DNA of 64,000 nt. It comes from Escherichia coli (GTDB lineage: Bacteria > Pseudomonadota > Gammaproteobacteria > Enterobacterales > Enterobacteriaceae). A model generated the notes under the pieces. It saw only the letters and a program-made list of their open reading frames with translations. It did not search any database and was not told the DNA's origin. This document shows positions 22,251 to 33,003 of this stretch, piece after piece (the first letter of the stretch is position 1; the number at the start of each line of letters is the position of its first letter). The stretch lies in the NCBI RefSeq assembly GCF_003790525.1, contig NZ_CP033635.1. One strand, 5' to 3'. A program made the translations under genes and the position numbers.

Positions 22251-22997
22251 AACGGATACGACATATGCTGAAGGAGGAGCAGTAATGGATTAAGTGATAA
22301 CAAATGCCCAGAAATAGAGGTTTAAATCCTGCTTAGTTAGTACATAAATACTATTTTGATGAAAATTATTATATGTCACCTCGGATTTTAATCAGGCGCC
22401 CAGATTAAATCAAGTATTGAGCGCCTGATTATGTTTATTCATTAATATCTGTCATTGATTGTCTTATTATCAGTTACCCCCGTCTTAATCAGAGTTTTCA
22501 TTTATTTTTAATGCATAATCAGATGCCGCCTCATCATTATCCTCAGTATTATCATAGCCGAAAACTTCTCCCGGGCACGGGCGTTCACGATAATAGTCAT
22601 CGTTATAGTTTTCATCGTCAGATAATGATATGTCGTATTCTGAATATGATTCACCACAATTATACATAAAATCATCTCCTTTGGGATTGTTACAATAATT
22701 AGTGAGTTTATTCGAAAAAATAATGAGCGCCAGACCAATCCACCCGACTTTTGATTATAATCATGAAGATACCTGTCTCAGTACAAATAGAATCAAACTC
22801 AATACAGCATGATTCACCTTTATATTCTCTCAGGGAAACCAAATACCACTATTCAACTATTAAGAATAAAATTCTGGAGGTGCGATTATCTGAAGATACC
22901 TGCATCCTAAATAATTTCAGACAGATATTATCTCCGTGAATCCCCCGCCACCTTTCCGGTGCGCGGGGTTTTGTCTTTTTTCACCGGGAATACATGT

Positions 22998-23870
22998 ATG
23001 AATCCGTCTGATGCCATTGAGGCAATTGAAAAACCACTGGCCTCCCTGCCTAATTCGCTTTCCCGCCATATCCTCGAACATCTGCGCAAACTCACCAGCC
23101 ACGAACCCGTGATTGGCATTATGGGTAAAAGCGGGGCCGGTAAATCCTCACTCTGTAATGCACTGTTTCAGGGGGAGGTCACCCCGGTCAGTGATGTTCA
23201 CGCCGGCACCCGGGAAGTGCGGCGCTTCCGTCTGAGTGGCCACGGTCACAGCATGATTATCACTGACCTGCCCGGGGTGGGCGAGAGCCGGGACAGGGAT
23301 GCAGAGTATGAAGCCCTGTACCGTGACATTCTGCCTGAACTTGACCTGGTACTGTGGCTGATTAAAGCCGATGACCGTGCCCTGTCTGTGGATGAGTATT
23401 TCTGGCGACACATCCTGCACCGGGGACATCAGCAGGTGCTGTTTGTGGTGACGCAGGCCGACAAAACGGAGCCCTGCCATGAATGGGATATGGCCGGCAT
23501 TCAGCCTTCTCCCGCACAGGCACAGAACATTCGTGAGAAAACAGATGCGGTATTCCGGCTGTTCCGGCCCGTACATCCGGTTGTGGCCGTATCGGCCCGC
23601 ACCGGCTGGGAACTGGATACGCTGGTCAGTGCGCTCATGACAGCACTTCCCGACCATGCCGCCAGTCCCCTGATGACCCGCCTGCAGGACGAGCTGTGCA
23701 CGGAATCTGTCCGGGGGCAGGCCCGTGAACAGTTTACCGGTGCGGTGGACCGGATATTTGACACGGCGGAGAGCGTCTGTGTTGCCTCTGTGGCTCGTAC
23801 GGTTCTGCGTGCCGTCCGTGACACGGTGGTCTCTGTTGCCCGCGCTGTATGGAACTGGATTTTCTTCTGA
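22998..23870 (+). CDS. island-associated GTPase (YeeP/YkfA/YfjP family)
   Basis: MNPSDAIEAIEKPL... with P-loop GIMGKSGAGKSS. Confidence 0.75.
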   Translation: MNPSDAIEAIEKPLASLPNSLSRHILEHLRKLTSHEPVIGIMGKSGAGKSSLCNALFQGEVTPVSDVHAGTREVRRFRLSGHGHSMIITDLPGVGESRDRDAEYEALYRDILPELDLVLWLIKADDRALSVDEYFWRHILHRGHQQVLFVVTQADKTEPCHEWDMAGIQPSPAQAQNIREKTDAVFRLFRPVHPVVAVSARTGWELDTLVSALMTALPDHAASPLMTRLQDELCTESVRGQAREQFTGAVDRIFDTAESVCVASVARTVLRAVRDTVVSVARAVWNWIFF

Positions 23871-23984
23871 ACAGTCTGCCAGGGGAAATGCCTGATTACA
23901 TTGCGTTAACCAACTGAAAACATGACACAAACACCTCATCCCCCTCCTGTTTCTCTTGCGTGACTGCCTTGCTGTTAATAGAAC

Positions 23985-24030
23985 AAAACGATCAATAAGA
24001 CAGGTGTCGATCGTTGCCATCGATCGTTTG
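23985..24030 (+). promoter_or_regulatory. antigen 43 phase-variation switch: three clustered Dam GATC sites (OxyR operator region)
   Basis: GATC at 23990, 24009 and 24022, about 220 bp upstream of the flu start codon. Confidence 0.55.
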
Positions 24031-24242
24031 TAGTGGTTAATGGTCTGCGAAAAGGCAGCTGAATCTCTTCATCATGCATAACGGAATTGCACACAACGGA
24101 CTGATACTTCTCTGGCGGATGAGAGAGGGAAAGCATTTATGTCCGGGAAAAACCACTTTATCTGACCATGCTGTTTTGTACCTGCCGGTATCCACTTTTG
24201 TGGGTACCGGCTTTTTTATTCACCCTCTGTAAGGAAAAGCTG

Positions 24243-27089
24243 ATGAAACGACATCTGAACACCAGCTACAGGCTGGTATGGAATCACATTACGGGCACCC
24301 TGGTGGTGGCTTCCGAACTGGCGCGCTCACGGGGAAAACGCACCGGTGTGGCGGTTGCACTGTCTCTTGCTGCTGTCACATCAGTCCCGGCACTGGCTGC
24401 TGACACGGTTGTACAGGCGGGAGAAACCGTGAACGATGGAACACTGACAAATCATGACAACCAGATTGTCTTCGGTACGGCCAACGGAATGACCATCAGT
24501 ACCGGGCTGGAGTATGGGCCGGATAACGAGGCCAATACCGGCGGACAATGGATACAAAATGGCGGTATCGCCAACAACACTACTGTCACCGGTGGTGGTC
24601 TTCAGAGAGTGAATGCCGGAGGAAGCGTTTCAGACACGGTTATCAGTGCCGGAGGCGGACAGAGCCTTCAGGGGCAGGCAGTGAATACCACTCTGAACGG
24701 CGGTGAGCAGTGGGTACATGAAGGCGGGATTGCAACGGGTACCGTCATTAATGAGAAGGGCTGGCAGGCCGTCAAATCCGGCGCAATGGCAACCGACACG
24801 GTTGTGAATACCGGCGCGGAAGGGGGACCGGATGCAGAAAATGGTGATACCGGGCAGTTTGTTCGCGGAAATGCCGTACGCACCACCATCAATAAAAATG
24901 GTCGTCAGATTGTGGCTGCTGAAGGAACGGCAAATACCACTGTGGTTTATGCCGGCGGCGACCAGACTGTACATGGTCACGCACTGGATACCACGCTGAA
25001 TGGGGGGTACCAGTATGTGCACAACGGCGGTACGGCGTCTGGCACTGTTGTAAACAGTGACGGCTGGCAGATTATCAAGGAAGGTGGTCTGGCGGATTTC
25101 ACCATCGTTAACCAGAAAGGCAAACTGCAGGTGAACGCCGGTGGTACAGCCACGAATGTCACCCTGAAGCAGGGAGGCGCACTGGTCACCAGTACGGCGG
25201 CAACCGTCACCGGCAGCAACCGTCTGGGCAATTTCACTGTGGAAAACGGTAATGCTGACGGTGTTGTTCTGGAGTCCGGTGGTCGCCTGGATGTACTGGA
25301 GGGCCATTCAGCCTGGAAAACACTGGTGGATGACGGCGGAACCCTGGCAGTGTCTGCCGGTGGTAAGGCAACAGATGTCACCATGACATCCGGTAGTGCC
25401 CTGATTGCAGACAGTGGTGCCACTGTTGAGGGGACCAATGCCAGCGGTAAGTTCAGTATTGATGGCACATCCGGTCAGGCCAGCGGACTGCTGCTGGAAA
25501 ATGGCGGCAGCTTTACGGTTAATGCCGGAGGACTGGCCAGCAACACCACTGTCGGACATCGTGGAACACTGACGCTGGCTGCCGGGGGAAGTCTGAGTGG
25601 CAGAACACAGCTCAGTAAAGGCGCCAGTATGGTACTGAATGGTGATGTGGTCAGTACCGGCGATATTGTTAACGCAGGAGAGATTCACTTTGATAATCAG
25701 ACGACACAGGAAGCCGCGCTGAGCCGTGCTGTTGCAAAAGGCGACGCCCCGGTAACGTTCCATAAACTGACAACCAGTAACCTCACCGGCCAGGGCGGCA
25801 CCATCAATATGCGTGTTAGCCTTGATGGCAGCAATGCCTCTGACCAGCTGGTGATTAATGGTGGTCAGGCAACCGGCAAAACCTGGCTTGCGTTTACAAA
25901 TGTCGGGAACAGCAACCTCGGTGTGGCAACCACCGGACAGGGTATCCGGGTTGTGGATGCACAGAATGGCGCCACCACAGAAGAAGGTGCGTTTGCCCTG
26001 AGTCGCCCGCTTCAGGCCGGCGCCTTTAACTACACCCTGAACCGTGACAGCGATGAAGACTGGTACCTGCGCAGTGAAAATGCTTATCGTGCTGAAGTCC
26101 CCCTGTATACATCCATGTTGACACAGGCAATGGACTATGACCGGATTCTGGCAGGCTCCCGCAGCCATCAGATCGGTGTAAACGGTGAAAATAACAGCGT
26201 CCGTCTCAGCATTCAGGGCGGTCATCTCGGTCACGATAACAACGGCGGTATTGCCCGTGGAGCCACGCCGGAAAGCAGCGGCAGCTATGGCTTCGTCCGT
26301 CTGGAGGGTGACCTGCTCAGAACAGAGGTTGCCGGTATGTCTCTGACGACAGGGGTGTATGGTGCTGCAGGCCATTCTTCCGTTGATGTTAAGGATGATG
26401 ACGGTTCCCGCGCCGGCACGGTCCGGGATGATGCCGGCAGCCTGGGCGGATACCTGAATCTGACACACACGTCCTCCGGCCTGTGGGCTGACATTGTGGC
26501 ACAGGGAACCCGCCACAGCATGAAAGCGTCATCGGACAATAACGACTTCCGCGCCCGGGGCTGGGGCTGGCTGGGCTCACTGGAAACCGGTCTGCCCTTC
26601 AGTATCACTGACAACCTGATGCTGGAACCACAACTGCAGTATACCTGGCAGGGACTCTCCCTGGATGACGGCCAGGATAACGCCGGTTATGTGAAGTTCG
26701 GGCATGGCAGTGCACAACATGTGCGTGCCGGTTTCCGTCTGGGCAGCCACAACGATATGAGCTTTGGTGAAGGCACCTCATCCCGTGACACCCTGCGCGA
26801 CAGTGCAAAACACAGTGTGAGTGAACTGCCGGTGAACTGGTGGGTACAGCCTTCTGTTATCCGCACCTTCAGCTCCCGGGGTGACATGAGCATGGGTACA
26901 GCTGAAGCCGGCAGTAACATGACGTTCTCACCGTCACAGAATGGCACGTCACTGGACCTGCAGGCCGGACTGGAAGCCCGTGTCCGGGAAAATATCACTC
27001 TGGGCGTTCAGGCCGGTTATGCCCACAGCGTCAGCGGCAACAGCGCTGAAGGCTATAACGGTCAGGCCACGCTGAATGTGACTTTCTGA
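24243..27089 (+). CDS. flu: antigen 43 (Ag43) self-associating autotransporter adhesin
   Basis: Extended autotransporter signal peptide MKRHLNTSYRLVWNHITG..., repetitive beta-helix passenger, C-terminal beta-barrel ending ...ATLNVTF. Confidence 0.85.
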   Translation: MKRHLNTSYRLVWNHITGTLVVASELARSRGKRTGVAVALSLAAVTSVPALAADTVVQAGETVNDGTLTNHDNQIVFGTANGMTISTGLEYGPDNEANTGGQWIQNGGIANNTTVTGGGLQRVNAGGSVSDTVISAGGGQSLQGQAVNTTLNGGEQWVHEGGIATGTVINEKGWQAVKSGAMATDTVVNTGAEGGPDAENGDTGQFVRGNAVRTTINKNGRQIVAAEGTANTTVVYAGGDQTVHGHALDTTLNGGYQYVHNGGTASGTVVNSDGWQIIKEGGLADFTIVNQKGKLQVNAGGTATNVTLKQGGALVTSTAATVTGSNRLGNFTVENGNADGVVLESGGRLDVLEGHSAWKTLVDDGGTLAVSAGGKATDVTMTSGSALIADSGATVEGTNASGKFSIDGTSGQASGLLLENGGSFTVNAGGLASNTTVGHRGTLTLAAGGSLSGRTQLSKGASMVLNGDVVSTGDIVNAGEIHFDNQTTQEAALSRAVAKGDAPVTFHKLTTSNLTGQGGTINMRVSLDGSNASDQLVINGGQATGKTWLAFTNVGNSNLGVATTGQGIRVVDAQNGATTEEGAFALSRPLQAGAFNYTLNRDSDEDWYLRSENAYRAEVPLYTSMLTQAMDYDRILAGSRSHQIGVNGENNSVRLSIQGGHLGHDNNGGIARGATPESSGSYGFVRLEGDLLRTEVAGMSLTTGVYGAAGHSSVDVKDDDGSRAGTVRDDAGSLGGYLNLTHTSSGLWADIVAQGTRHSMKASSDNNDFRARGWGWLGSLETGLPFSITDNLMLEPQLQYTWQGLSLDDGQDNAGYVKFGHGSAQHVRAGFRLGSHNDMSFGEGTSSRDTLRDSAKHSVSELPVNWWVQPSVIRTFSSRGDMSMGTAEAGSNMTFSPSQNGTSLDLQAGLEARVRENITLGVQAGYAHSVSGNSAEGYNGQATLNVTF

Positions 27090-27111
27090 TAATCAGGTCA
27101 CTCCCCTTCAG

Positions 27112-27140
27112 GCCCCGGTCATCATGACCGGGGCTTTTTA
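27112..27140 (+). terminator. rho-independent terminator after flu
   Basis: GCCCCGGTCAT-c-ATGACCGGGGC hairpin followed by TTTTT. Confidence 0.6.
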
Positions 27141-27415
27141 CTTTCAGGGAGCAACAGATATGCCGGGTTGTACATCACGTTTATTGCCGAAGGCTCTTTT
27201 GCTGCCAAATGGCATCTGAATCGTTCACAATTTGGCCGGTTATTGCCCGATCCCGATGGGGTTATTGGGTGATCTCCTTCCATAAAAATACGCAGCTCGC
27301 CAGTGAAGGGCTTCTCAGACAATAAACGTCATTCATTTCGTCCATCAGGCCGCGTCTTCTCCGGGAGACGCGGCTTTTTCATTTATACCGCTAACTCATT
27401 CATAAGGAATAAATC

Positions 27416-28234
27416 ATGCGATTAGCCAGTCGTTTTGGTTATGCGAACCAGATACGCCGTGACCGCCCCTTAACCCGTGAAGAACTGATGCAGGTCGTCC
27501 CCAGCGTATTCGGGGAAGAGAAACACACATCCAGAAGCGAGAACTATACCTGGATCCCCACCATCACCGTGCTGGAAAGCCTGCAGCGGGAAGGCTTCCA
27601 ACCATTCTTCGCCTGCCAGACCCGCGTGCGCGACCCGGGCCGCCGGGGATACACCAAACACATGCTGCGTCTGCGCCGTGACGGGGAGATAAACGGACAA
27701 CATGTCCCTGAAATCATCCTGCTGAACTCCCATGACGGTACCTCCAGCTACCAGATGCTGCCGGGTTACTTCAGGTTCGTCTGCCAGAACGGATGCGTCT
27801 GTGGTCAGTCTCTGGGGGAAGTGCGTGTTCCACACCGGGGAGACGTAGTGGAGAAAGTTATCGAAGGGGCTTACGAGGTGGTGGGGGTTTTTGACCGGAT
27901 TGAGGAGAAGCGTGATGCCATGCAGTCGCTGGTCCTGCCGCCACCGGCACGCCAGGCGCTGGCACAGGCGGCACTGACTTACCGTTATGGTGACGAACAT
28001 CAGCCCGTCACCACTGCTGACATTCTGACACCGCGACGCCGGGAGGATTACGGTAAGGACCTGTGGAGCGCATATCAGACCATCCAGGAGAATATGCTGA
28101 AAGGCGGGATTTCCGGTCGCAGTGCCAGAGGAAAACGTATCCATACCCGTGCCATTCACAGCATCGACACGGACATTAAGCTCAATCGCGCATTGTGGGT
28201 GATGGCAGAAACACTGCTGAAGAGTATGCGCTGA
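27416..28234 (+). CDS. DUF932-family island protein (YfjQ/YafZ-like)
   Basis: 272 aa, recalled similarity to CP4-prophage YfjQ/YafZ proteins. Confidence 0.6.
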   Translation: MRLASRFGYANQIRRDRPLTREELMQVVPSVFGEEKHTSRSENYTWIPTITVLESLQREGFQPFFACQTRVRDPGRRGYTKHMLRLRRDGEINGQHVPEIILLNSHDGTSSYQMLPGYFRFVCQNGCVCGQSLGEVRVPHRGDVVEKVIEGAYEVVGVFDRIEEKRDAMQSLVLPPPARQALAQAALTYRYGDEHQPVTTADILTPRRREDYGKDLWSAYQTIQENMLKGGISGRSARGKRIHTRAIHSIDTDIKLNRALWVMAETLLKSMR

Positions 28235-28324
28235 TGCCTTTTCCCTGAAAGCGCAGTTCTGACTCATGTCCGTCCCTGCCCCGCGACTTCTTCCATTCAT
28301 TTACTTTTTATAAGGAATAATCTC

Positions 28325-28810
28325 ATGACAACCGTTTTGCATAATTCCACCACACCTTCTGTTTCCGTAACCGCTGTATCAGAGAATAACCCGCCTCAAC
28401 TGGTTGCCACCCTCGTCCCTGATGAACAGCGCATCAGCTTCTGGCCGCAGCATTTTGGCCTCATTCCACAGTGGGTGACCCTGGAGCCCCGTGTCTTCGG
28501 CTGGATGGACCGTCTGTGCGAAGACTACTGCGGTGGTATCTGGAATCTGTACACCCTGAACAACGGCGGGGCATTTATGGCACCCGAACCGGATGACGAT
28601 GATGACGAAACATGGGTACTGTTCAGTGCCATGAACGGTAACCGCGCTGAAATGAGCCCCGAAGCCGCCGGCATTGCTGCCTGTCTGATGACGTACAGCC
28701 ATCATGCCTGTCGTACGGAGTGTTATGCCATGACGGTCCATTATTACCGGCTGCGGGATTACGCCCTGCAGCATCCGGAATGCAACGCCATTATGCGCAT
28801 CATTGACTGA
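28325..28810 (+). CDS. antirestriction protein, KlcA/ArdB-like (YfjX/YafX family)
   Basis: 161 aa, characteristic ...WVTLEPRVFGWMDRLCEDYCGGIWNLYTLNNGGAFMAP... Confidence 0.7.
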   Translation: MTTVLHNSTTPSVSVTAVSENNPPQLVATLVPDEQRISFWPQHFGLIPQWVTLEPRVFGWMDRLCEDYCGGIWNLYTLNNGGAFMAPEPDDDDDETWVLFSAMNGNRAEMSPEAAGIAACLMTYSHHACRTECYAMTVHYYRLRDYALQHPECNAIMRIID

Positions 28811-28824
28811 AAGGGGCCGGAACA

Positions 28825-29301
28825 ATGCAACAGCTTTCCTTTCTGCCCGGAGAAATGACAACCAGAGAGCGCAGCCTCATTCAGCGGGCCCTGAAAACCC
28901 TGGACCGCCATCTTCATGAACCCGGCGTGGCCTTCACCTCCACGCATGCGGCACGGGAGTGGCTGATTCTGAACATGGCGGGACTGGAGCGGGAAGAGTT
29001 CCGGGTGCTGTATCTGAACAACCAGAATCAGCTGATTGCCGATGAAACCCTCTTCACCGGCACCATCAACCGCACGGAAGTCCATCCCCGTGAAGTGATT
29101 AAACGCGCCCTGTATCACAATGCCGCTGCTGTGGTGCTGGCACACAATCACCCGTCCGGTGAAGTCACACCCAGCAAGGCAGACCGCCTTATCACGGAAC
29201 GTCTGGTACAGGCACTGGCCCTGGTGGATATCCGGGTACCGGACCATCTGATAGTTGGTGGCAACCAGGTTTTCTCCTTTGCGGAACACGGTCTGCTTTA
29301 A
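28825..29301 (+). CDS. RadC-like JAB-domain protein (YeeS/YkfG family)
   Basis: JAMM motif HNHPSGEVTPSKADRLIT. Confidence 0.8.
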   Translation: MQQLSFLPGEMTTRERSLIQRALKTLDRHLHEPGVAFTSTHAAREWLILNMAGLEREEFRVLYLNNQNQLIADETLFTGTINRTEVHPREVIKRALYHNAAAVVLAHNHPSGEVTPSKADRLITERLVQALALVDIRVPDHLIVGGNQVFSFAEHGLL

Positions 29302-29369
29302 CCCGTCACCGTTACAACCACATCACACCTGTTTTCACTTTTATCTTCTGTCTTCAGAGGTATCCCACT

Positions 29370-29591
29370 ATGAAAATCATCACCCGTGGCGAAGCCATGC
29401 GTATTCATCAACAACATCCTGCATCCCGTCTTTTCCCGTTCTGTACCGGCAAATACCGCTGGCACGGCAGCACTGAAGCGTATACCGGTCGTGAAGTGCA
29501 GGATATTCCCGGTGTGCTGGCCGTGTTTGCTGAACGCCGTAAGGACAGTTTTGGCCCATATGTCCGGTTGATGAGCGTCACCCTGAACTGA
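29370..29591 (+). CDS. DUF987 protein (YeeT/YkfH-like)
   Basis: 73 aa MKIITRGEAMRIHQQHPASRLFPFCTGKYRWHGS... Confidence 0.65.
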   Translation: MKIITRGEAMRIHQQHPASRLFPFCTGKYRWHGSTEAYTGREVQDIPGVLAVFAERRKDSFGPYVRLMSVTLN

Positions 29592-29670
29592 GTCTGGAAG
29601 GGCATTCAGATGAGCAGAATTATCGCCACCACCGGACCATTCTTAACCGATTTTCTGTGAGGACTTTATC

Positions 29671-30039
29671 GTGTCAGACACACTGCCCGGGACAACGCAT
29701 CCCGACAACAACAACGACCGCCCCTGGTGGGGGCTGCCCTGCACCGTGACGCCCTGTTTCGGGGCACGTCTGGTGCAGGAGGGTAACCGGTTGCATTACC
29801 TTACAGACCGCGCCGGTATCAGAGGGCGGTTCAGCGATGCGGATGCGAACCATCTGGACCAGGCCTTTCCGCTGCTGATGAAACAACTGGAACTCATGCT
29901 CACCAGCAGTGAACTGAATCCCCACCGTCAGAATACCGTCACGCTGTATGTTAAAGGGCTGACCTGCCATGCGGACACCCTCGGCAGCTGTGGTTACGTT
30001 TATCTGGCTGTTTATCCGACGCCCGAAATGAAAAATTAA
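29671..30039 (+). CDS. cbeA: type IV TA system antitoxin CbeA (YeeU family)
   Basis: 122 aa [44 protein letters not shown]... Confidence 0.8.
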   Translation: MSDTLPGTTHPDNNNDRPWWGLPCTVTPCFGARLVQEGNRLHYLTDRAGIRGRFSDADANHLDQAFPLLMKQLELMLTSSELNPHRQNTVTLYVKGLTCHADTLGSCGYVYLAVYPTPEMKN

Positions 30040-30128
30040 CTCTCCAGAATAGCCTTCTGCTACGGCCTGGTGCTTTCACCACGCCACTTTTCCATTTTTC
30101 ATCTCTGCATATCAGGAAAATCTTCAGT

Positions 30129-30512
30129 ATGAAAACATTACCTGTATTACCCGGGCAGGCGGCCAGTTCACGCCCGTCTCCGGTTGAAATCTGGCAGACA
30201 CTGCTCACCCGACTGCTGGACCAGCACTACGGCCTTACGCTGAATGACACACCGTTCGCCGATGAACGTGTGATTGAGCAGCATATTGAAGCTGGCATTT
30301 CACTGTGTGATGCGGTGAACTTTCTCGTTGAAAAATACGCACTGGTACGTACCGACCAGCCGGGATTCAGCGCCTGTACCCGCTCTCAGTTAATAAACAG
30401 TATTGATATTCTCCGGGCTCGCCGGGCAACCGGCCTGATGACCCGCGACAATTACAGAACGGTAAATAACATTACCCTGGGTAAGCATCAGGAGTCGAAA
30501 CGATGCAACTGA
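30129..30512 (+). CDS. cbtA: type IV TA system toxin CbtA (YeeV family)
   Basis: 127 aa [48 protein letters not shown]... Confidence 0.8.
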   Translation: MKTLPVLPGQAASSRPSPVEIWQTLLTRLLDQHYGLTLNDTPFADERVIEQHIEAGISLCDAVNFLVEKYALVRTDQPGFSACTRSQLINSIDILRARRATGLMTRDNYRTVNNITLGKHQESKRCN

Positions 30513-30991
30513 CCCTGACACTGGAAGCCGACAGCGTTAACGTACAGGCACTGAATATGGGGCGAATTGTCGTTGACATTGATGGTGTTAATCTCGCTGA
30601 ACTGATTAACATGATCTGCGATAACGGCTACTCCCTTCGTGTTGTTGATGAATCTGACCGGACCTCAGCAGACTGCACGCCACCATTTGCTGCCCTTACC
30701 GGCATACGCTGCAGTACCGCACATATCACGGAAACGGACAACACCTGGCTGTACTCGCTGTCGCATCAGACGAATGACACCGGCGAATCAGAATGGATTC
30801 ATTTTACAGGCAGAGGGTATCTGTTACGTACCGATGCTTTGTCGTATCCGGTGCTACACCTTAAACGTCTGGGCCTGTCAAAAACCTTCCGCCGTCTGGT
30901 TGTCACTCTCATCCGGCGTTATGGCGTCAGTCTTATTCATCTGGATGCCAGCGCCGGGTGTCTGCCGGATTTACCCACTTTCGACTGGTAA
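30503..30991 (+). CDS. YeeW-like island protein
   Basis: 162 aa; overlaps cbtA stop; follows cbeA-cbtA as in CP4 prophages. Confidence 0.6.
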   Translation: MQLTLTLEADSVNVQALNMGRIVVDIDGVNLAELINMICDNGYSLRVVDESDRTSADCTPPFAALTGIRCSTAHITETDNTWLYSLSHQTNDTGESEWIHFTGRGYLLRTDALSYPVLHLKRLGLSKTFRRLVVTLIRRYGVSLIHLDASAGCLPDLPTFDW

Positions 30992-31002
30992 CCAGAAACA
31001 AC

Positions 31003-31200
31003 ATGAAATCATTAACCACGGAAACAGCGCTGGATATTCTGATTGCGTGGCTGCAGGACAATATCGACTGTGAATCCGGAATTATCTTTGACAACGATGA
31101 GGATAAAACGGATTCGACAGCCCTGTTGTCCTGTATTGAACAGGCCAGGGAGGATATCCGTACCCTGCGCCAACTGCAGCTTCAGCCCCCGAACCGGTGA
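31003..31200 (+). CDS. small hypothetical island protein (65 aa)
   Basis: ORF MKSLTTETALDILIAWLQDN...; no family recognised. Confidence 0.35.
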   Translation: MKSLTTETALDILIAWLQDNIDCESGIIFDNDEDKTDSTALLSCIEQAREDIRTLRQLQLQPPNR

Positions 31201-31296
31201 GTTTCACTCATCATCTCACTCACCAGACTTCATTCCACTGACGCCAGCCTGAACAGGGCTGGCGTTTTCATTTATCTGCAAAAAGGAATATCGATT

Positions 31297-32142
31297 ATGT
31301 CTGATATCACAGCCTCCCGTCCGGAAGTAGTCAACGGGCATACGGACGTTATCTGCTCAACCAGTATCCGCCACATTCTGGCTGTACGAAAAAGTACACT
31401 GCTGCAAATCAACACACTTATCCGGCAACTGGCTGAAATCTCAGCAATGACAGAAAGTATTGGCGGTAAAACCGCACTGGACTGGGCGATGAAACAGGAT
31501 TTTCGCTGTGGCTGCTGGCTCATGGAGAAACCTGAAACGGCAATGAAAGCCATCACACACAATCTCGATCGTGAAATCTGGCGTGACTTGATGCAACGTT
31601 CCGGGATGCTTTCCTTAATGGATGCACAGGCCCGTGAGACATGGTACCGGTCACTGGAGTACGATAATTTTCCGGAAATCAGCGAAGCGAACATCCTGAG
31701 CACATTTGAACAACTGCACCAGAATAAGGATGAGGTGTTTGAGCGAGGGGTGATCAACGTCTTCAGAGGGCTGAACTGGAATTACAAAACCAATTGCCCC
31801 TGTAAATTTGGCAGTAAAATTATCGTCAACAATCTGGTGAGATGGGACCGGTGGGGATTTCATCTTATCACCGGACAACAGGCTGACCGACTCGCCGATC
31901 TGGAAAGAATGTTGCACCTGTTCAGCGGTAAACCAATCCCCGACAATCGGGAAAACATCACTATTCGTCTGGATGAGCACATTCAGTCTGTTCAGGGTAA
32001 AGAGAGCTATGAAGATGAGATGTTCAGCATCAGATACTTTAAGAAGGGCTCCGCGCATATCACATTCAGAAAACCAGAACTGGTTGATCGGCTAAATGAC
32101 ATCATTGCAAAGCGTTATCCGGGACAATTATCAGCCATCTGA
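31297..32142 (+). CDS. hypothetical island protein (281 aa), tRNA-proximal
   Basis: Long clean ORF; no family assignable with confidence. Confidence 0.45.
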   Translation: MSDITASRPEVVNGHTDVICSTSIRHILAVRKSTLLQINTLIRQLAEISAMTESIGGKTALDWAMKQDFRCGCWLMEKPETAMKAITHNLDREIWRDLMQRSGMLSLMDAQARETWYRSLEYDNFPEISEANILSTFEQLHQNKDEVFERGVINVFRGLNWNYKTNCPCKFGSKIIVNNLVRWDRWGFHLITGQQADRLADLERMLHLFSGKPIPDNRENITIRLDEHIQSVQGKESYEDEMFSIRYFKKGSAHITFRKPELVDRLNDIIAKRYPGQLSAI

Positions 32143-32240
32143 GTCAGATGGAAAAAAGCTTACCTGACCCATTACCTGACCCAATTCAAAGGAAAAAGAA
32201 AAAGGGTTAGCTGGTTTATTAGCTAACCCTTTGTTGTGTA

Positions 32241-32316
32241 TGGTGGCCCCTGTTGGGTTTGAACCAACGACCAAGCGATTATGAGTCGCCTGCTCTAACC
32301 ACTGAGCTAAGGGGCC
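32241..32316 (-). tRNA. ileX: tRNA-Ile (anticodon CAU, lysidine-type), island integration site
   Basis: Reverse complement GGCCCCTTAGCTCAGTGGTTAGAGCAGGCGACTCATAATCGC...GGGGCCACCA; adjacent to mug as in E. coli. Confidence 0.85.
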
Positions 32317-32440
32317 ATGGTAGCGGATTATAAAGTAACTCCGTGTCGCAATCCAGCCATTACCGCGCGCCTGCTGTTTTTATAAACAATGTATTTTCAA
32401 TCCGTTATACTTTTCCTGGTGATGTTAGAAAGGAGTAAAT

Positions 32441-32947
32441 ATGGTTGAGGATATTTTGGCTCCAGGGTTACGGGTCGTGTTTTGCGGTATCAACCCTGGG
32501 CTTTCATCCGCCGGGACTGGTTTTCCCTTTGCTCATCCGGCAAATCGCTTCTGGAAGGTGATATATCAGGCCGGGTTTACCGACCGTCAGTTGAAGCCGC
32601 AGGAGGCACAGCATCTGCTGGATTATCGTTGTGGCGTCACCAAACTGGTAGACCGTCCAACGGTGCAAGCCAATGAAGTTTCAAAGCAGGAGCTGCACGC
32701 AGGCGGGCGTAAGCTAATTGAAAAAATAGAAGATTATCAGCCGCAGGCGTTGGCGATTCTGGGCAAACAAGCATATGAACAGGGATTCAGCCAGCGCGGT
32801 GCACAGTGGGGGAAACAAACGCTCACCATTGGTTCGACGCAGATTTGGGTGCTGCCAAATCCCAGCGGTTTAAGTCGCGTTTCACTGGAGAAACTGGTTG
32901 AAGCGTATCGCGAGCTGGACCAGGCGCTGGTAGTGCGTGGCTTGTGA
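32441..32947 (+). CDS. mug: G/U mismatch-specific DNA glycosylase
   Basis: 168 aa [39 protein letters not shown]... Confidence 0.9.
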
Positions 32948-33003
32948 AGTACAGTGTAACGAAGTTATGAGCGGGCCAGGCACCGCTCCTCACCGCTACT
33001 GGC

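Noticed and set aside
24630-26516. Long minus-strand ORFs (225 and 402 aa) inside flu
   Set aside because: Antisense to the Ag43 passenger domain, composition-driven and no recognisable domains; Ag43 reading frame is the supported one
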